NCBI GenBank assembly: GCA_031553195.1 | Contig: JAVBLV010000001.1 | Location: 58,138 to 122,137, forward strand | Source: Bacteroidales bacterium | Lineage (GTDB): Bacteria; Bacteroidota; Bacteroidia; Bacteroidales; P3 | Length of the DNA: 64,000 nucleotides | Direction of reading: 5' to 3' | Shown here: one piece after another, positions 1-11,540 of the stretch | How positions within the stretch are numbered: the first letter of the stretch is position 1 | Layout: each line of letters starts with the position of its first letter | Notes under the pieces: generated by a model | Database searches by the model: none | What the model was told of the DNA's origin: nothing | The model's input: the letters and a program-made list of their open reading frames with translations, nothing else | Translations under genes and position numbers: made by a program

Positions 1-1647
1 TGCTATAAAATCCCGGATAGAGTCAACGCCGCCCAATACCGCGCAAAGACGATCGAATCCAAAAGCGATGCCTCCATGCGGAGGAGCGCCGTATTCGAAT
101 GCGTCTAGTAAAAAACCGAATTGATTCTGCGCTTCCTGTTCTGAGAATCCAAGCATTTTGAACATCCTGTTTTGCAATTGTCGATCATAAATACGAATAG
201 ATCCGCCGCCTATCTCTACGCCATTAATAACCAAGTCGTATGCATTAGCAAAAACTTTTTGAGCTTCGGTTTCCAATAACGGAATATCTTCCGGTTTCGG
301 CGAAGTGAAGGGATGGTGTTTCGCATAAAAACGTTTCGTTTCTTCATCCCATTCAAATAAAGGAAAATCAATTACCCAAAGAGGTGAAAAAACGCTGTTA
401 TTTCTTAAGTTTAATCGATTTCCCATCTCTAACCGTAATTCGCACAACGCTTTTTGCGTTTTTTCTTCTGCGCCTGCCATTATCAAAATCAAGTCGCCAA
501 CTTTCGCATTAAATGCTTCCGCTACTTTCTTCAAATCATCTTGCGAATAGAATTTATCTACCGACGACTTAAATTCATCCTCTGTCGTATACTTGATATA
601 TACTAAACCGTTTGCTCCAATTTGCGGACGTTTGACGAAATCTGTCAATTCATCCAATTGTTTCCTCGTATATTCGGCGCATCCCGATGCATTTATCCCC
701 GCCACTAATTCTGCGTTGTCGAATACGCCGAAACCTTTTCCTTTCAGTAGAGAGTTCAATTCTACAAACTTCATTTCAAAGCGGATGTCAGGCTTGTCGC
801 TTCCGTAATATTTCATTGCATCTGTATAAGAGATACGAGGGAAAGTTTCCAATTCCAGTCCCATAACATTTATAAATAAATGCTTGGTCATGCCTTCAAA
901 AGTTTGCAAGATATCCTCTTGGGTTATAAATGACATCTCGCAATCAATTTGCGTAAATTCCGGTTGACGGTCCGCTCTTAAATCTTCGTCGCGAAAACAA
1001 CGTACAATTTGAAAATAACGATCAAATCCCGACACCATTAATAATTGTTTGTATTGTTGCGGAGACTGAGGCAAAGCATAAAATTCTCCCTGATTCATAC
1101 GGGATGGGACGATAAAATCCCTTGCCCCTTCGGGCGTAGATTTTATCAGAAAAGGAGTTTCTATTTCGATGAAACCCAATTTATTCAAATAATTGCGAAT
1201 CTCTATAGAGACTTTATGCCGGAGTTCCAGGTTTTTCCTCACTTCGTTCCGTCGTAAATCCAGATAGCGATATTTCATTCTTAAGTCATCTCCGCCGTCA
1301 GTATTATCTTCTATGGTAAAAGGAGGAGTTTTCGCTTCGTTTAAAATAGTTATGTTTTCTGCGACAATTTCTATTTCTCCTGTTGGAATCTTTGTATTTT
1401 TACTGCTTCGTTCCGTAACGGTTCCTCTTATTTGCAAAACGAATTCGCGACTTAGTTTACGGGCAAACATACAAAGATCAGGATTTGTCTCCATATTGAA
1501 GGCAAGTTGAGTAATTCCGTAACGATCGCGCAAATCTATAAACGTCATCCCTCCCAAATCGCGGGAGCGTTGCAACCATCCGCACAAAGTAACGGTTTGA
1601 CCTAAATTACGTAATGTTAATTCTCCGCAAGTATGTGTTCGTAACAT
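1..1647 (-). CDS. aspS: Aspartate--tRNA ligase, first ~549 codons. The C-terminus runs off the window edge.
   Basis: Hand translation from ATG (1647..1645) gives [47 protein letters not shown]. The same frame near 105..1 reads [26 protein letters not shown], the class II motif 3 region. Only short shadow ORFs lie on the other strand. Confidence 0.85.
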   Translation of the reverse strand, partial: MLRTHTCGELTLRNLGQTVTLCGWLQRSRDLGGMTFIDLRDRYGITQLAFNMETNPDLCMFARKLSREFVLQIRGTVTERSSKNTKIPTGEIEIVAENITILNEAKTPPFTIEDNTDGGDDLRMKYRYLDLRRNEVRKNLELRHKVSIEIRNYLNKLGFIEIETPFLIKSTPEGARDFIVPSRMNQGEFYALPQSPQQYKQLLMVSGFDRYFQIVRCFRDEDLRADRQPEFTQIDCEMSFITQEDILQTFEGMTKHLFINVMGLELETFPRISYTDAMKYYGSDKPDIRFEMKFVELNSLLKGKGFGVFDNAELVAGINASGCAEYTRKQLDELTDFVKRPQIGANGLVYIKYTTEDEFKSSVDKFYSQDDLKKVAEAFNAKVGDLILIMAGAEEKTQKALCELRLEMGNRLNLRNNSVFSPLWVIDFPLFEWDEETKRFYAKHHPFTSPKPEDIPLLETEAQKVFANAYDLVINGVEIGGGSIRIYDRQLQNRMFKMLGFSEQEAQNQFGFLLDAFEYGAPPHGGIAFGFDRLCAVLGGVDSIRDFIA

Positions 1648-1722
1648 GTAAAATGTTGTTTTTTGAATTAAAGATGATGCGTAGATTGTAAGTGCATTTT
1701 CAAATCCCTCTTCGTAAACTTT

Positions 1723-3264
1723 TTATTTGGCGTAATTAACTGCCCTTGTTTCGCGAATTACCGTGACTTTTATCTGTCCGGGATAAGTCATTTCGCTTTG
1801 AATTTTTCTTGACAAATCATAAGATAATTGATTGGCTTCCGAATCGTTTACTTTTTCTGCGCCTACAATCACGCGCAACTCTCTTCCCGCCTGGATGGCG
1901 TAGGTTTTTACTACTCCAGGATAGGTTAACGCCAATTCTTCCAGCTTGTTCAAGCGGTTGATATATGCTTCCACAACCTCTCGTCTTGCGCCGGGTCTGG
2001 CTCCCGATATGGCGTCGCATACTTGTACAATAGGCGCTATCAAACTTTCCATTTCCACTTCGTCGTGGTGAGCGCCAATAGCATTACATACCTCCGGTTT
2101 TTCTTTAAAGCGTTCCGCCAATTTCATTCCAAGCACAGCATGTGGAAGATCAGGCTCGTTATCAGGAACTTTCCCAATATCGTGCAACAATCCGGCGCGT
2201 TTTGCCAATTTAGGGTTTAGACCTAGTTCAGCCGCCATGGTAGCGCTCAAATTAGCCACTTCGCGCGAGTGTTGCAAAAGATTTTGTCCATACGATGAAC
2301 GATACTTCATTCGTCCGACCATACGAACCAATTCATGATGCAAATTTAGGATTCCCAAATCGATACAGGTTCTTTTACCTGTTTCAATAATATCTTGTTC
2401 TATCTGTTTCCGTGTTTTAGAAACAACTTCTTCTATGCGGGCAGGGTGTATGCGCCCGTCGGTGACCAATTTATGCAAAGACAAACGAGCGATTTCTCTA
2501 CGAACAGGATCAAAACCGGATAAAATAATGGCGTCAGGAGAATCGTCGATAATAATTTCCACTCCTGTTAAGGATTCTAAAGTACGGATATTGCGACCCT
2601 CTCTTCCTATAATACGTCCTTTTACCTCTTCATTTTCGAGATTAAATACCGAAGCTGTATTTTCTATGGTTTGTTCGCTGGCTGTTCGTTGAATTGTTTG
2701 GACGATAATTTTTTTAGCTTGTTCGGCGGCGGTAATTTTAGATTCTTCTACAATATCCATAATGTAACTTGAGGCTTCGGCTTTTGTTTCTTCTTTTATC
2801 ATTTCCAACAACTGCTCTTTTGCCTGGCCCGCCGACATGTTGGCTATTTGTTCCAGTTTTTCAACGCTTGATTTGTATACTTTTTCAACTTCGGCTTTGC
2901 GTTTTTTTAAAAGTTCTATTTGATTATTAAGATTATCTGTTGAAGTTTTAAATTCGTTTGTTTTTCGTTGGAGTTCCTCTGCGCGTTGATTAAGACTTTG
3001 CTCTTTTTGCTTGAGTTTACCCTCAGATTGCATAAGCTTACTATTGCTTTCCTGTACTTGCTTCTCGTGTTCGCTTTTTAACTGCAAATATTTTTCCTTT
3101 GCCTGCAATATCTTTTCTTTTTTAATTACTTCTCCTTTTTCTTCTGCGTTTTTCAGTTCTTGTTCGCTTTTTTTAAGCAATTTCTTCCGCAACACAGTTG
3201 AAGTAACTAGAATACCTATTCCTATGCATAAAACGCCTACTAATATAGTTATTAAGATGTTCAT
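1723..3264 (-). CDS. rny: Ribonuclease Y
   Basis: 513 aa. N-terminal TM helix, long coiled coil, KH motif [14 protein letters not shown] motif LLHDIGK. Confidence 0.9.
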   Translation of the reverse strand: MNILITILVGVLCIGIGILVTSTVLRKKLLKKSEQELKNAEEKGEVIKKEKILQAKEKYLQLKSEHEKQVQESNSKLMQSEGKLKQKEQSLNQRAEELQRKTNEFKTSTDNLNNQIELLKKRKAEVEKVYKSSVEKLEQIANMSAGQAKEQLLEMIKEETKAEASSYIMDIVEESKITAAEQAKKIIVQTIQRTASEQTIENTASVFNLENEEVKGRIIGREGRNIRTLESLTGVEIIIDDSPDAIILSGFDPVRREIARLSLHKLVTDGRIHPARIEEVVSKTRKQIEQDIIETGKRTCIDLGILNLHHELVRMVGRMKYRSSYGQNLLQHSREVANLSATMAAELGLNPKLAKRAGLLHDIGKVPDNEPDLPHAVLGMKLAERFKEKPEVCNAIGAHHDEVEMESLIAPIVQVCDAISGARPGARREVVEAYINRLNKLEELALTYPGVVKTYAIQAGRELRVIVGAEKVNDSEANQLSYDLSRKIQSEMTYPGQIKVTVIRETRAVNYAK

Positions 3265-3336
3265 CGTAAAATTGAAATTTTAAATTATATATTGTGAATT
3301 AATTTATTTTTTAATATTTCCAACTCGTATGCACAT

Positions 3337-3527
3337 AAAAAAGCCTGCACTGATTCGTATGAGTTATGGTAAACTCCCAAATGTAAAGATTTGAGCGCCG
3401 GACGCCTCAAACTTCCTTAAATTTCTCTTACGAGAACAAGGCCTGTTCTACTCGTCCATGAGCTAACTCGGTTTGTATTTTCTGTTGAGTTTACAAACTG
3501 AAATTGAATCAATGCAGGTTTGCTTTA
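3337..3527 (-). ncRNA. ssrS: Structured ~190-nt RNA, probable 6S RNA
   Basis: Long closing helix between 3341..3356 and 3506..3521: 16 positions with one mismatch and one wobble. Inner helix GUAAACUC / GAGUUUAC. Two internal hairpins (AGAACA..UGUUCU; UUUGAG..CUCAAA). On the minus strand the 3' arm runs into UUUUUU. The region lies directly downstream of zapA, as ssrS does in E. coli. The ends are approximate. Confidence 0.5.
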
Positions 3528-3563
3528 ATTACAGGTGTATTTCAATGAACGCATGACCTTTTA

Positions 3564-3872
3564 TCATTTAGACAAATTTTCAGATAAAAAAATATCTAGT
3601 TCCTCTAGTTTTTTTATCATCCCTTCATTTTTGAACTTTTCTTGCTCTTGTAGTTTCAGGAGACTGGTTACATACTCTAAAGCCAGCATAGCAAGCAAGT
3701 CTTGTCTATCTTTGTAGGCATAAATCTTTGAATATTCTTTAGACGAATCTTCTATTATTTTTACAGCTTTCCTTATAGACTCCTCCTCGTCTCTATTTAC
3801 CCTTAATTTATAATTACGATCTCCTATAGTTACTGATATTGAAAGCTCGGTATCCATTAATTTATTATACAA
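3564..3872 (-). CDS. zapA: Cell division protein ZapA-like
   Basis: 102 aa. Size and the pattern ISVTIGDRNYKLRVNRDEEESIRKAVKII resemble ZapA. Immediately upstream of rny. Confidence 0.55.
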   Translation of the reverse strand: MYNKLMDTELSISVTIGDRNYKLRVNRDEEESIRKAVKIIEDSSKEYSKIYAYKDRQDLLAMLALEYVTSLLKLQEQEKFKNEGMIKKLEELDIFLSENLSK

Positions 3873-3873
3873 A

Positions 3874-4167
3874 TTATCCCTTTTGCGTAAAAAGATCTAT
3901 ACACCTGTCGATTTCACGAAGCAATTCATTGATCTTTAGTTTTATAGCTGTCGAATCGGATGAATTATTTATGACATTTTTTAGTTTTAATATTTTATTT
4001 TTTTCTACTAAATCGTTTATTACCTTTTGCTGATTTTCAATTATAGACAGTAGCTCTACTTTTTCTTTGCTCAGGACTTCATTCTTTTCCTTTTCTTTTT
4101 GATACGATTCTATAACTTTTCGAACCTTAAAATCTACCCCTGATAGTAACGTATTCAAGTTATGCAT
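3874..4167 (-). CDS. Small coiled-coil protein, function unknown, 1 nt upstream of zapA and probably co-transcribed
   Basis: 97-aa ORF rich in heptad-like K/E/L/N. Only 1 nt separates it from zapA. A -7 box lies 45 nt upstream. Confidence 0.45.
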   Translation of the reverse strand: MHNLNTLLSGVDFKVRKVIESYQKEKEKNEVLSKEKVELLSIIENQQKVINDLVEKNKILKLKNVINNSSDSTAIKLKINELLREIDRCIDLFTQKG

Positions 4168-4211
4168 CCTGTCTTTATCTTGATCCTCTTTCTAAAGAAG
4201 AATTTTTAACG

Positions 4212-4219
4212 CAAATATA
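4212..4219 (-). promoter_or_regulatory. -7 box TATATTTG (plus-strand CAAATATA) for the coiled-coil/zapA transcription unit
   Basis: Matches TAnnTTTG, 45 nt upstream of the start at 4167. Confidence 0.45.
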
Positions 4220-4389
4220 CATTTTTTTTCAATACGTTTTTCCCAAAATGTCCAAATAAACAAATTTCAAAGAATTGCCTCTACTGCCTTTCCTTTCGCT
4301 TATGGATGAAAAATTCATCATAAGATCACCCTTAAAATCATACCTTTTAGATAAATCAAATTCAATCGGTATAAGAGAAACGAATTTAC

Positions 4390-4980
4390 TTAGACTTTAT
4401 TATAATGATCTTTGATCATAAACCGATAAGGCAACAAGGCATCTTCTTCAGCGTAATCTACTCCGATTCTTTTTGATATAAGAATATCCGTATCGGGGAG
4501 AACGAGACCGGTATCTTCTATCCAAATCTCGTGGCTTAATAAAGACAAACCGGTATGTTTACATTCGATTCCTAAAACTTTTGAAACATTCCCCGGACCC
4601 TTTCCCACATTCTTATCTAAGATAGATTTTTTGCTCCTTGCAAGTATTGTTTCAAGGCCGGATACAGGTTGGATGGAACGAATCAAAACAGCATGAGGAA
4701 TTCCTTCTTTGTTTGTTACGACATTAAATAAAGAATGTATACCATAACATAAATAGACATAGGTTGTTCCCCCTTTCCAGTACATGACTTCGGTTCTCTT
4801 GGTTCTTCGTCCGCCATATGCATGAGAGGCCTTATCATCGATTCCTGCATAAGCTTCTGTTTCAGTAATAATTCCGGCCGTCGTCCGCCCGTTAAATGTA
4901 GTATAAAGACATTTCCCCAATAAATTTCGCGCAATGTCAACTACATTTTCTTCTATGTAAAAAGATTCGGGAAGTTTCAT
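4390..4980 (-). CDS. mpg: DNA-3-methyladenine glycosylase (Mpg/AAG family)
   Basis: 196 aa with ITETEAY, GGRRTKRTEVM and GPGNVSKVLGI, typical of the MPG family. Confidence 0.8.
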   Translation of the reverse strand: MKLPESFYIEENVVDIARNLLGKCLYTTFNGRTTAGIITETEAYAGIDDKASHAYGGRRTKRTEVMYWKGGTTYVYLCYGIHSLFNVVTNKEGIPHAVLIRSIQPVSGLETILARSKKSILDKNVGKGPGNVSKVLGIECKHTGLSLLSHEIWIEDTGLVLPDTDILISKRIGVDYAEEDALLPYRFMIKDHYNKV

Positions 4981-5307
4981 GCGTTTTAATTTTATATTCA
5001 GGTCAAATTTTTTTTAATGGAAAATGCTTGATGCTTATTTGAATAATTGAATAAATTGGGTTATAGTTTAGGGCTTAAAGTTTGAGTTAAAGTTGATTCC
5101 TCATTACTAATTGCTAATTCTCAATTATCCTTCTAACTTTAGAAACTTTTGAACATTACAAATGCTCAATCTCAAAATTTACCTTTCCCTTACTCACATT
5201 TTTTCCTTTTCATTCTTCATTTAATAAGACTTTTACCGTATGAGTATAAGGCTTAGCCTTGAATCTTTTATTTTATCATTAGATATTAAAATCCAATTGT
5301 CGGTTAT

Positions 5308-6516
5308 TTATAATTCCAACAAATGCCCCATTTTTTCTTGCTTTGTTTTTAAGTATTTTTGGTTATACTTGTTTGGGGAGATGATTAATGGAATGGTTTC
5401 TACAATTTCCAGACCATAGCCCTCCAATCCTTTACGTTTAACAGGATTATTCGTAATTAATCGTATTTTCCGGATATTCAAATCTCTTAATATTTGAGCC
5501 CCAATTCCATAATCTCGTTCATCCGGTCTGAATCCTAATTCCAAATTGGCTTCTACAGTATCCCGTCCTCTATCTTGCAGGGAATATGCCTTTAGTTTAT
5601 TAACCAATCCGATTCCTCTTCCTTCCTGGTTCAAATATACGACAGCCCCTTTTCCTTCTTTTTCAATCATTTCCATTGAAATATGGAGTTGTTCGCCACA
5701 ATCGCATCTGCAAGATCCGAAGATGTCTCCGGTCATACAAGAGGAGTGCATGCGTACCATAATCTTCTCATTTTCTTCCCATCTACCCTTTATTAAAGCC
5801 AAGTGTGTAAATTGATTTGTACAATCCGTATACGCAATCAACTTAAATTTTCCCCAATGTGTTGGCAACTCAACTTCTACTTCTTTCTTAATTAATGTTT
5901 CATGTTCAATACGATAAGCGATTATATCTTTAATTGAAATAATCTTCATATCAAATTGGGCGGCAATTTTCATTAATTGAGGAAGTCTGGCCATTGTTCC
6001 ATCTTCGTTAAGTATTTCAATCAGCATTCCGGCAGGAGTTAATCCCGACAGACGAGCCATATCAACAGTGGCTTCCGTATGTCCTGAACGACGGAGAACC
6101 CCTCCGTCAAGCGCTCGTAGCGGAGAAATATGTCCGGGTCTGCCTAAATCTTCTGAGTTTGTTTTAGGGTCTGCGAGCGCTCGAATGGTTTTCGCCCGAT
6201 CGCTTGCCGAAATACCTGTAGTACACCCATGCCCGACCAAATCAACAGAAATAGTAAAAGGGGTTCCATGAATAGATGTGTTGTTCGAAACCATCATTTC
6301 CAGGTTCAATTCTTTACAACGTTTTTCAGTAATGGGCGCACACACCATTCCACGTCCATGAGTAATCATAAAGTTTACTTTCTCGGGCGTTATTAATTCT
6401 GCGGCAGTAATAAAATCCCCTTCGTTTTCCCGATCTTCGTCATCGACAACTATTATTATTTTCCCGTTTCTAAAATCCTCAATCGCTTCAGGTATTGTAT
6501 TCAATTTTATATCCAT
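5308..6516 (-). CDS. ribBA: Bifunctional 3,4-dihydroxy-2-butanone-4-phosphate synthase / GTP cyclohydrolase II
   Basis: 402 aa. [10 protein letters not shown] and GHTEA (DHBP synthase half). CRCDCG and NQEGRGIGL (GCH II half). Confidence 0.9.
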   Translation of the reverse strand: MDIKLNTIPEAIEDFRNGKIIIVVDDEDRENEGDFITAAELITPEKVNFMITHGRGMVCAPITEKRCKELNLEMMVSNNTSIHGTPFTISVDLVGHGCTTGISASDRAKTIRALADPKTNSEDLGRPGHISPLRALDGGVLRRSGHTEATVDMARLSGLTPAGMLIEILNEDGTMARLPQLMKIAAQFDMKIISIKDIIAYRIEHETLIKKEVEVELPTHWGKFKLIAYTDCTNQFTHLALIKGRWEENEKIMVRMHSSCMTGDIFGSCRCDCGEQLHISMEMIEKEGKGAVVYLNQEGRGIGLVNKLKAYSLQDRGRDTVEANLELGFRPDERDYGIGAQILRDLNIRKIRLITNNPVKRKGLEGYGLEIVETIPLIISPNKYNQKYLKTKQEKMGHLLEL

Positions 6517-6556
6517 AATAAAAAAACAGCTTTAGTATTTTAACAATAATAACGCA

Positions 6557-6564
6557 CAAAAGTA
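6557..6564 (-). promoter_or_regulatory. -7 box TACTTTTG (plus-strand CAAAAGTA) for ribBA
   Basis: Matches TAnnTTTG, 41 nt upstream of the start at 6516. Confidence 0.45.
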
Positions 6565-6707
6565 CTAAAAATTACCGAGTCAAATTCCTGCTTTGAATAG
6601 AAGCGGCGCTTTTGATTCCATAGCCTAGAATTCAATTAAATTTAAATAGAGAGAGGGTATTCTATAATCTCGAAATATATATTAGGAGAAAATAGGTATT
6701 CTTAAAA

Positions 6708-6745
6708 GATATAGAAAAGCCTGCCGAAAATACATTGGGCAGGCT
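6708..6745 (-). terminator. Rho-independent terminator after the bamA-skp-skp block
   Basis: 8-bp stem AGCCTGCC / GGCAGGCT (6718..6725, 6738..6745). Followed on the minus strand by a TTTTCT run, 26 nt after the stop of the 173-aa skp gene. Confidence 0.65.
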
Positions 6746-6770
6746 AGAGTATGAATAAAAGTTTTACTTC

Positions 6771-7292
6771 TTATTTCAGATTCAATTTCTTTTTTACCAG
6801 AGGCATGATATCGTCGCTCTCTTCATGATAGAGCAAATTCGCGGCATCTAATATATAAGTATATTTATTTTCTTTTGCCACTTCTGAAATGGTTTCTTTT
6901 GCTTTATTAACGATAGGGGTCAGTAAGACGTCCTGTTGATCTTGCATTGATTTTTGCGCATTTTGTTGAAATTCTTCAATACGCATGGCCATATCTTGCA
7001 ATTCTTTTTGTTTTGTTTGCTTGATAAGATCCGACATTTGATTTTGGTTGTTAAGGAAATCCTGGTAACGTTGTTCCAATTCGGTACGCATGGCTTTCAA
7101 CGTTGATTCCAATTCAGCCGCGCTTTTTTGTAGTATAGCTTGAGCAGAATCTCTTCCTGGCATTATTTTAAGTAGTTCGCCCGAATCAATATGTCCTAAT
7201 TTGGGAACTTTTTGGCCGAAAGCAGGAACGACCAATAATAATGCTATAAAAACCAATACAAATTCAATTTTACGTTTCATGTGCAAATTCAA
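6771..7292 (-). CDS. OmpH/Skp-family periplasmic chaperone
   Basis: 173 aa. Signal peptide, Q/E/K-rich coiled coil, position downstream of bamA. Confidence 0.7.
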   Translation of the reverse strand: MNLHMKRKIEFVLVFIALLLVVPAFGQKVPKLGHIDSGELLKIMPGRDSAQAILQKSAAELESTLKAMRTELEQRYQDFLNNQNQMSDLIKQTKQKELQDMAMRIEEFQQNAQKSMQDQQDVLLTPIVNKAKETISEVAKENKYTYILDAANLLYHEESDDIMPLVKKKLNLK

Positions 7293-7430
7293 TTTTAATT
7301 TATACGTAACATACTTTGGCCAAACAAAGATTCCAAGGATTTTGCCGCATAACGCAGTTCGTATAATAATTTTAAGATCCTTTTTATTTATATTTTAATG
7401 TTTCAACTTTACTTAAAGCGAAAAGTTATG

Positions 7431-7438
7431 CAAAGGTA
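7431..7438 (-). promoter_or_regulatory. Possible internal -7 box TACCTTTG (plus-strand CAAAGGTA) between the two skp genes
   Basis: Matches TAnnTTTG, 139 nt upstream of the start at 7292. Confidence 0.3.
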
Positions 7439-7530
7439 ATAAAATTTATTGAGCTAACTAGTAACTTACGCGACAAAATTAATCGTTACGTTCGTATAGA
7501 AAACTCATATTTTCCGATTTTCAAGAATTC

Positions 7531-8076
7531 TTATTTTTTAGTTTTACTGGAGGAATTTCCTCTGCTGACTTTGTATCCGAGATCGTCCAAAATATCATCG
7601 CTGATATCAAGTTTTCCGTCGGCATATAGAATGGTTGGCCCTGCCGATTTATCGAAAATAAATGCATAATTTTTTTCTTGAGCGCGTTTCTCTATTGCGT
7701 TATAAACTTTTTCTTGGATAGGCTTTACTAACTCCTGACGTTTTTTGCTCAAATCTCCGTCATTTCCAAAACGTTTTTTCTGTAGATCTTTGGCTTCTTT
7801 TTCGGCTGCAATAATTTCGTTTTCTTTCTTTTTCTTCAAATCGTCCGGTAAAAGCATGACCTCGGCTTGAAATGATTTATACATTTTGTCGATATTCTGA
7901 AACTTTGTTTCTATTTCTTTTTGCCATTCGATTGCATAATTATCCAACACCTTTTGAGTTTGCTCATATTCGGGAATATTAGACAAAATATATTCCGTAT
8001 CTACGTAAGCGTATTTTTGAGCATAAGTAATTACTGATGCCATAAGAAGAGCGGCAATTAAAATGAATTTTTTCAT
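7531..8076 (-). CDS. OmpH/Skp-family periplasmic chaperone
   Basis: 181 aa. Signal peptide ending in AQK, YAYVDTEYIL start typical of OmpH, directly downstream of bamA. Confidence 0.7.
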   Translation of the reverse strand: MKKFILIAALLMASVITYAQKYAYVDTEYILSNIPEYEQTQKVLDNYAIEWQKEIETKFQNIDKMYKSFQAEVMLLPDDLKKKKENEIIAAEKEAKDLQKKRFGNDGDLSKKRQELVKPIQEKVYNAIEKRAQEKNYAFIFDKSAGPTILYADGKLDISDDILDDLGYKVSRGNSSSKTKK

Positions 8077-8131
8077 AAGGCAAACTATTTTGTTATATTA
8101 TAAACGTTTAAAACCCAAATTGGTTTAAATT

Positions 8132-10624
8132 TTAATCGATTGATTGATTGATTGAGAAATGGAATTGACTACCGGATACCTTCGCGGCGCCGGGAATTCT
8201 ATCAAACCCATATCCCCAGTCAAAACCGAGCATACCAAACATAGGCATATATATCCTTATTCCTAAACCGGCTGCCACATAAGGTTTATAAGGATTAAAC
8301 TGGGTGAATGTAAGCCATGAATTTCCTCCTTCTGCAAATGCAAGTCCGAATATGGTCGCGGATGAAAAATCCAAAATAAACGGATAGCGTAGTTCCAAAG
8401 TAAATTTGTTAAATGCAGAAGCGCCGGTTTTTGGACTTAATGCCCCTGCTCCATATCCCCTGAGAGGAATTACTTCTTTTGCTGTTATATCCCAACCCGA
8501 AAGGCCGTCTCCGCCTAATGAATAGCGTCCGAAGGGAGAATAACCGATGTCATCGTTATAATACCCCAGGAATCCAAAACGTACGCGCGTAGTAAAAACA
8601 AGATTCTCTACAATGTTAAAATACCATGCCGCTCTGAAATTTATTTTATAATATTCCAACCACTTATACTTTTCTGCCGCTTCCATACTCGAGTAGTCTC
8701 TGTTATTAAGCAACGAGTAGGGGGGCGTCAATTGGAGATACAGTGAAATATCTGATCCTGTTCGGGGATATATAGGCATATCCAAACTATTTCTGGCAAT
8801 GGTTATATTATAGTTTAAATCGTTCGAAACCCCGTCGCTGAAGATAAAAGAATCCCCATATCCCATTACGCTATATTGCTGGAATGTAACGCCTTGTATA
8901 AATGTGAAATAATCGTCCGGCCATTTCAAACGCTTTCCTAAAGAAACAGAACCGCCATTAATTTTTAAATAATGAGTGGTTTCATTTTCCCAAAATCCAT
9001 TACTTTGATAAGAATGGAATGCAGAAACAGTCAACGCATTGGCCTTTTTCCCTCCCAACCATGGTTCCGTGAACGAACCATTGAAAGAATAATAATACGT
9101 TCCATTCGTTTGCGCTCTGAAACTTAATCGTTGTCCGTCGCCGGTAGGCAATGGTCTCCATGCCGAAGATTTGAAGAAATTACGAGTAGAAAAATTATTG
9201 AATGTAAATCCAATAGAGCCGATTACGGTACCTGCGCCCCAACCTCCAGAAAGTTCAAATTGGTCTGAAGGAACTTCCTCGACAGAATAGTTAATATCGA
9301 CGGTTCCGTTTTCCGGATCGGGTTTTACTTCCGGAACAATTTTTTGAGGGTCGAAATAACGTAAATTGCTTAATTCGCGTACCGAACGAATAAAAACGGC
9401 GTCGCGACTAAATAATTTTCCCGGATACGCTTTTAATTCGCGCATGATAACATGATCATTAGTTCGGGTATTTCCCGATACTGTGACTTTATTAATTCTT
9501 GCTTGTTTTCCTTCTCTTATTCTAATTTCAATATCGATGGAGTCATTTTCAACCAAAACCTCGACGGGAATAGCGTTAAAAAATAGATATCCATCATCCA
9601 TATATAGCGAATTAATATCGGTTCCGGAAGGACTATAGTGTATGCGTTCATCCAAAAGCGTTTTGTTATAGGGAGTTCCTTTATCAATACGCAAATATTT
9701 TCTTAAATCATCTGAAGAATATTTTGTATTTCCTACAAAGCCAATATTCCGGAAATAATATTTCTTGCCTTCATAAATGCTTATTTCTACAACTGCTTTT
9801 TTATCAGATATTTGATAAACCGTATCGGAAACTATTTTAGCGTCTCTGAAACCCCCTTCATTATATTTCTGAATAAGCAAATTCAGATCATTATTAAAAT
9901 CCTCATCAATATAACGTGATGATTTCCAAAATCTCCACCACTTAGCTTCTTTGGTTTCCTTTAACGCTTTCTTTACTTTACGATCCGTAAAGGACTCATT
10001 TCCATGAACGAGGATTTTATCAATCTTTATTTTTTGATTTTTGCTTATACGAAAGAATAGACGCACCTCGTCTCGTTGATTAGATGTGTCGGGTTCGGTT
10101 TTTATTTCGACAGATGCATTATGGTAACCTTTATCAGCGTAATACTGTTTAATTTTATTTTTGGAATTGACAAGCAGATTTTCAGTTACAATCTCTCCAC
10201 TGACAATATTCAGCTTTTCCCGGAGTTTATTAGCGTCAGATTTGTTGATTCCCTCAAATTTAAAACTTCCCAAACGAGGTCTTTGCTTTAATTCAATTTC
10301 CAGAAAAGCGGTATTCCCTTCTATTTTTTGGATAGAAATACTTACGTCTTCAAAAATACCTTGTTTCCAAAGTTTATCGATTGCCGTCGAGATTTTTTCG
10401 CCTGGAATCGCAATTTTATCGCCTATAGTAAGTCCCGTTAAAAGTAATATTATTTGATGGTCGAGATTGTCTCCGCCCGTTATCACAACGCCGCCAATTT
10501 CATAATTTCTTGGGGTAAGATAATCAATGTCTCCTGTTTCAGAGTTTCCAATCACTGATTGAGAGTATGAATAACCGCTTATAATAAGCAATATAAAAAT
10601 ACAGAAGATTCTTTTTAGTTGCAT
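8132..10624 (-). CDS. bamA: Outer membrane protein assembly factor BamA
   Basis: 830 aa. Signal peptide, repeated POTRA-like segments, aromatic-rich C-terminal barrel. Conserved uppS-bamA-skp order. Confidence 0.85.
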   Translation of the reverse strand: MQLKRIFCIFILLIISGYSYSQSVIGNSETGDIDYLTPRNYEIGGVVITGGDNLDHQIILLLTGLTIGDKIAIPGEKISTAIDKLWKQGIFEDVSISIQKIEGNTAFLEIELKQRPRLGSFKFEGINKSDANKLREKLNIVSGEIVTENLLVNSKNKIKQYYADKGYHNASVEIKTEPDTSNQRDEVRLFFRISKNQKIKIDKILVHGNESFTDRKVKKALKETKEAKWWRFWKSSRYIDEDFNNDLNLLIQKYNEGGFRDAKIVSDTVYQISDKKAVVEISIYEGKKYYFRNIGFVGNTKYSSDDLRKYLRIDKGTPYNKTLLDERIHYSPSGTDINSLYMDDGYLFFNAIPVEVLVENDSIDIEIRIREGKQARINKVTVSGNTRTNDHVIMRELKAYPGKLFSRDAVFIRSVRELSNLRYFDPQKIVPEVKPDPENGTVDINYSVEEVPSDQFELSGGWGAGTVIGSIGFTFNNFSTRNFFKSSAWRPLPTGDGQRLSFRAQTNGTYYYSFNGSFTEPWLGGKKANALTVSAFHSYQSNGFWENETTHYLKINGGSVSLGKRLKWPDDYFTFIQGVTFQQYSVMGYGDSFIFSDGVSNDLNYNITIARNSLDMPIYPRTGSDISLYLQLTPPYSLLNNRDYSSMEAAEKYKWLEYYKINFRAAWYFNIVENLVFTTRVRFGFLGYYNDDIGYSPFGRYSLGGDGLSGWDITAKEVIPLRGYGAGALSPKTGASAFNKFTLELRYPFILDFSSATIFGLAFAEGGNSWLTFTQFNPYKPYVAAGLGIRIYMPMFGMLGFDWGYGFDRIPGAAKVSGSQFHFSINQSID

Positions 10625-10753
10625 TCGAATAATGTTTGCTTTTTATTACAAGGTAAATCCACACTCTTTCGCCAAACGAGCATAGAAAAAAATATTAAAT
10701 TCAGTAGTTTTCATAACGATTTTAGTTCGGATTTATTTTACAAGCGAATAAAA

Positions 10754-11497
10754 TTAGCGTACTTGTTCGCTTGTCAAACCAAAACGTCGTTCCCGTTTTT
10801 GAAAGTCGATAATTGCTTCGTACAAATTATCTTTCCTGAAATCGGGCCAAAGTACAGGGGTGAAATACAATTCCGAATATGCCAGTTGCCACAGTAAAAA
10901 ATTACTCAACCGGTATTCCCCGCTGGTTCTGATTAATAATTCGGGATCGGGGAAATTTGATGTGCTTAAATTCGAAGATACTGAGTCTTGAGTAATATTC
11001 TCCCAAGATAATTTTTTTTCAAAAACATCTTTGGCTATTTGTTTAACGGCATGGGTAATTTCCCATCTGGAGCTATAACTCAGGGCCAATATAAGATCAG
11101 TTCCGGTATTAGACGCCGTAATATCAATCGCATCTTGAAGTTCGCGTAAAGTTTCCGTATGCAACAATGCTAAGTCTCCGATGGCTTTCAATGAAATATT
11201 GTTCTTATTTAAAGTGTCGATTTCGGCGTTTATGGTATCTACTAATAGCTGCATTAAGGCGTTTATTTCATTTTGGGGCCTGTTCCAGTTTTCGGTAGAG
11301 AAAGCATAAAGGGTTAAATATTTTATTCCTAATTCAGCGGCGGCTTCGATAGTTTCCCGAACGGCTGTTACGCCGTTTTGATGGCCGAAAGTCCTTTCTT
11401 GTCCGCGTTCCTTAGCCCACCTTCCGTTTCCATCCATTATTATGGCAATATGTCGAGGAAGTTTCTCCAGTTGAATAATATCTTTTTTGTTCATCAA
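10754..11497 (-). CDS. uppS: Isoprenyl transferase (undecaprenyl-diphosphate synthase)
   Basis: 247 aa with [22 protein letters not shown] and [20 protein letters not shown]. Confidence 0.9.
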   Translation of the reverse strand: MMNKKDIIQLEKLPRHIAIIMDGNGRWAKERGQERTFGHQNGVTAVRETIEAAAELGIKYLTLYAFSTENWNRPQNEINALMQLLVDTINAEIDTLNKNNISLKAIGDLALLHTETLRELQDAIDITASNTGTDLILALSYSSRWEITHAVKQIAKDVFEKKLSWENITQDSVSSNLSTSNFPDPELLIRTSGEYRLSNFLLWQLAYSELYFTPVLWPDFRKDNLYEAIIDFQKRERRFGLTSEQVR

Positions 11498-11540
11498 ATT
11501 TGTCCAAAATATTAAACTATATTATTTAAAGAAAGGCTTA

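Noticed and set aside
6517-6770. Possible FMN riboswitch upstream of ribBA
   Set aside because: I reverse-complemented the spacer and found none of the conserved RFN core segments (GGUGAAAUUCC, CCGACAGU, GUCUGGAUG). The -7 box at 6557..6564 leaves only a ~35-nt leader, too short for the aptamer.
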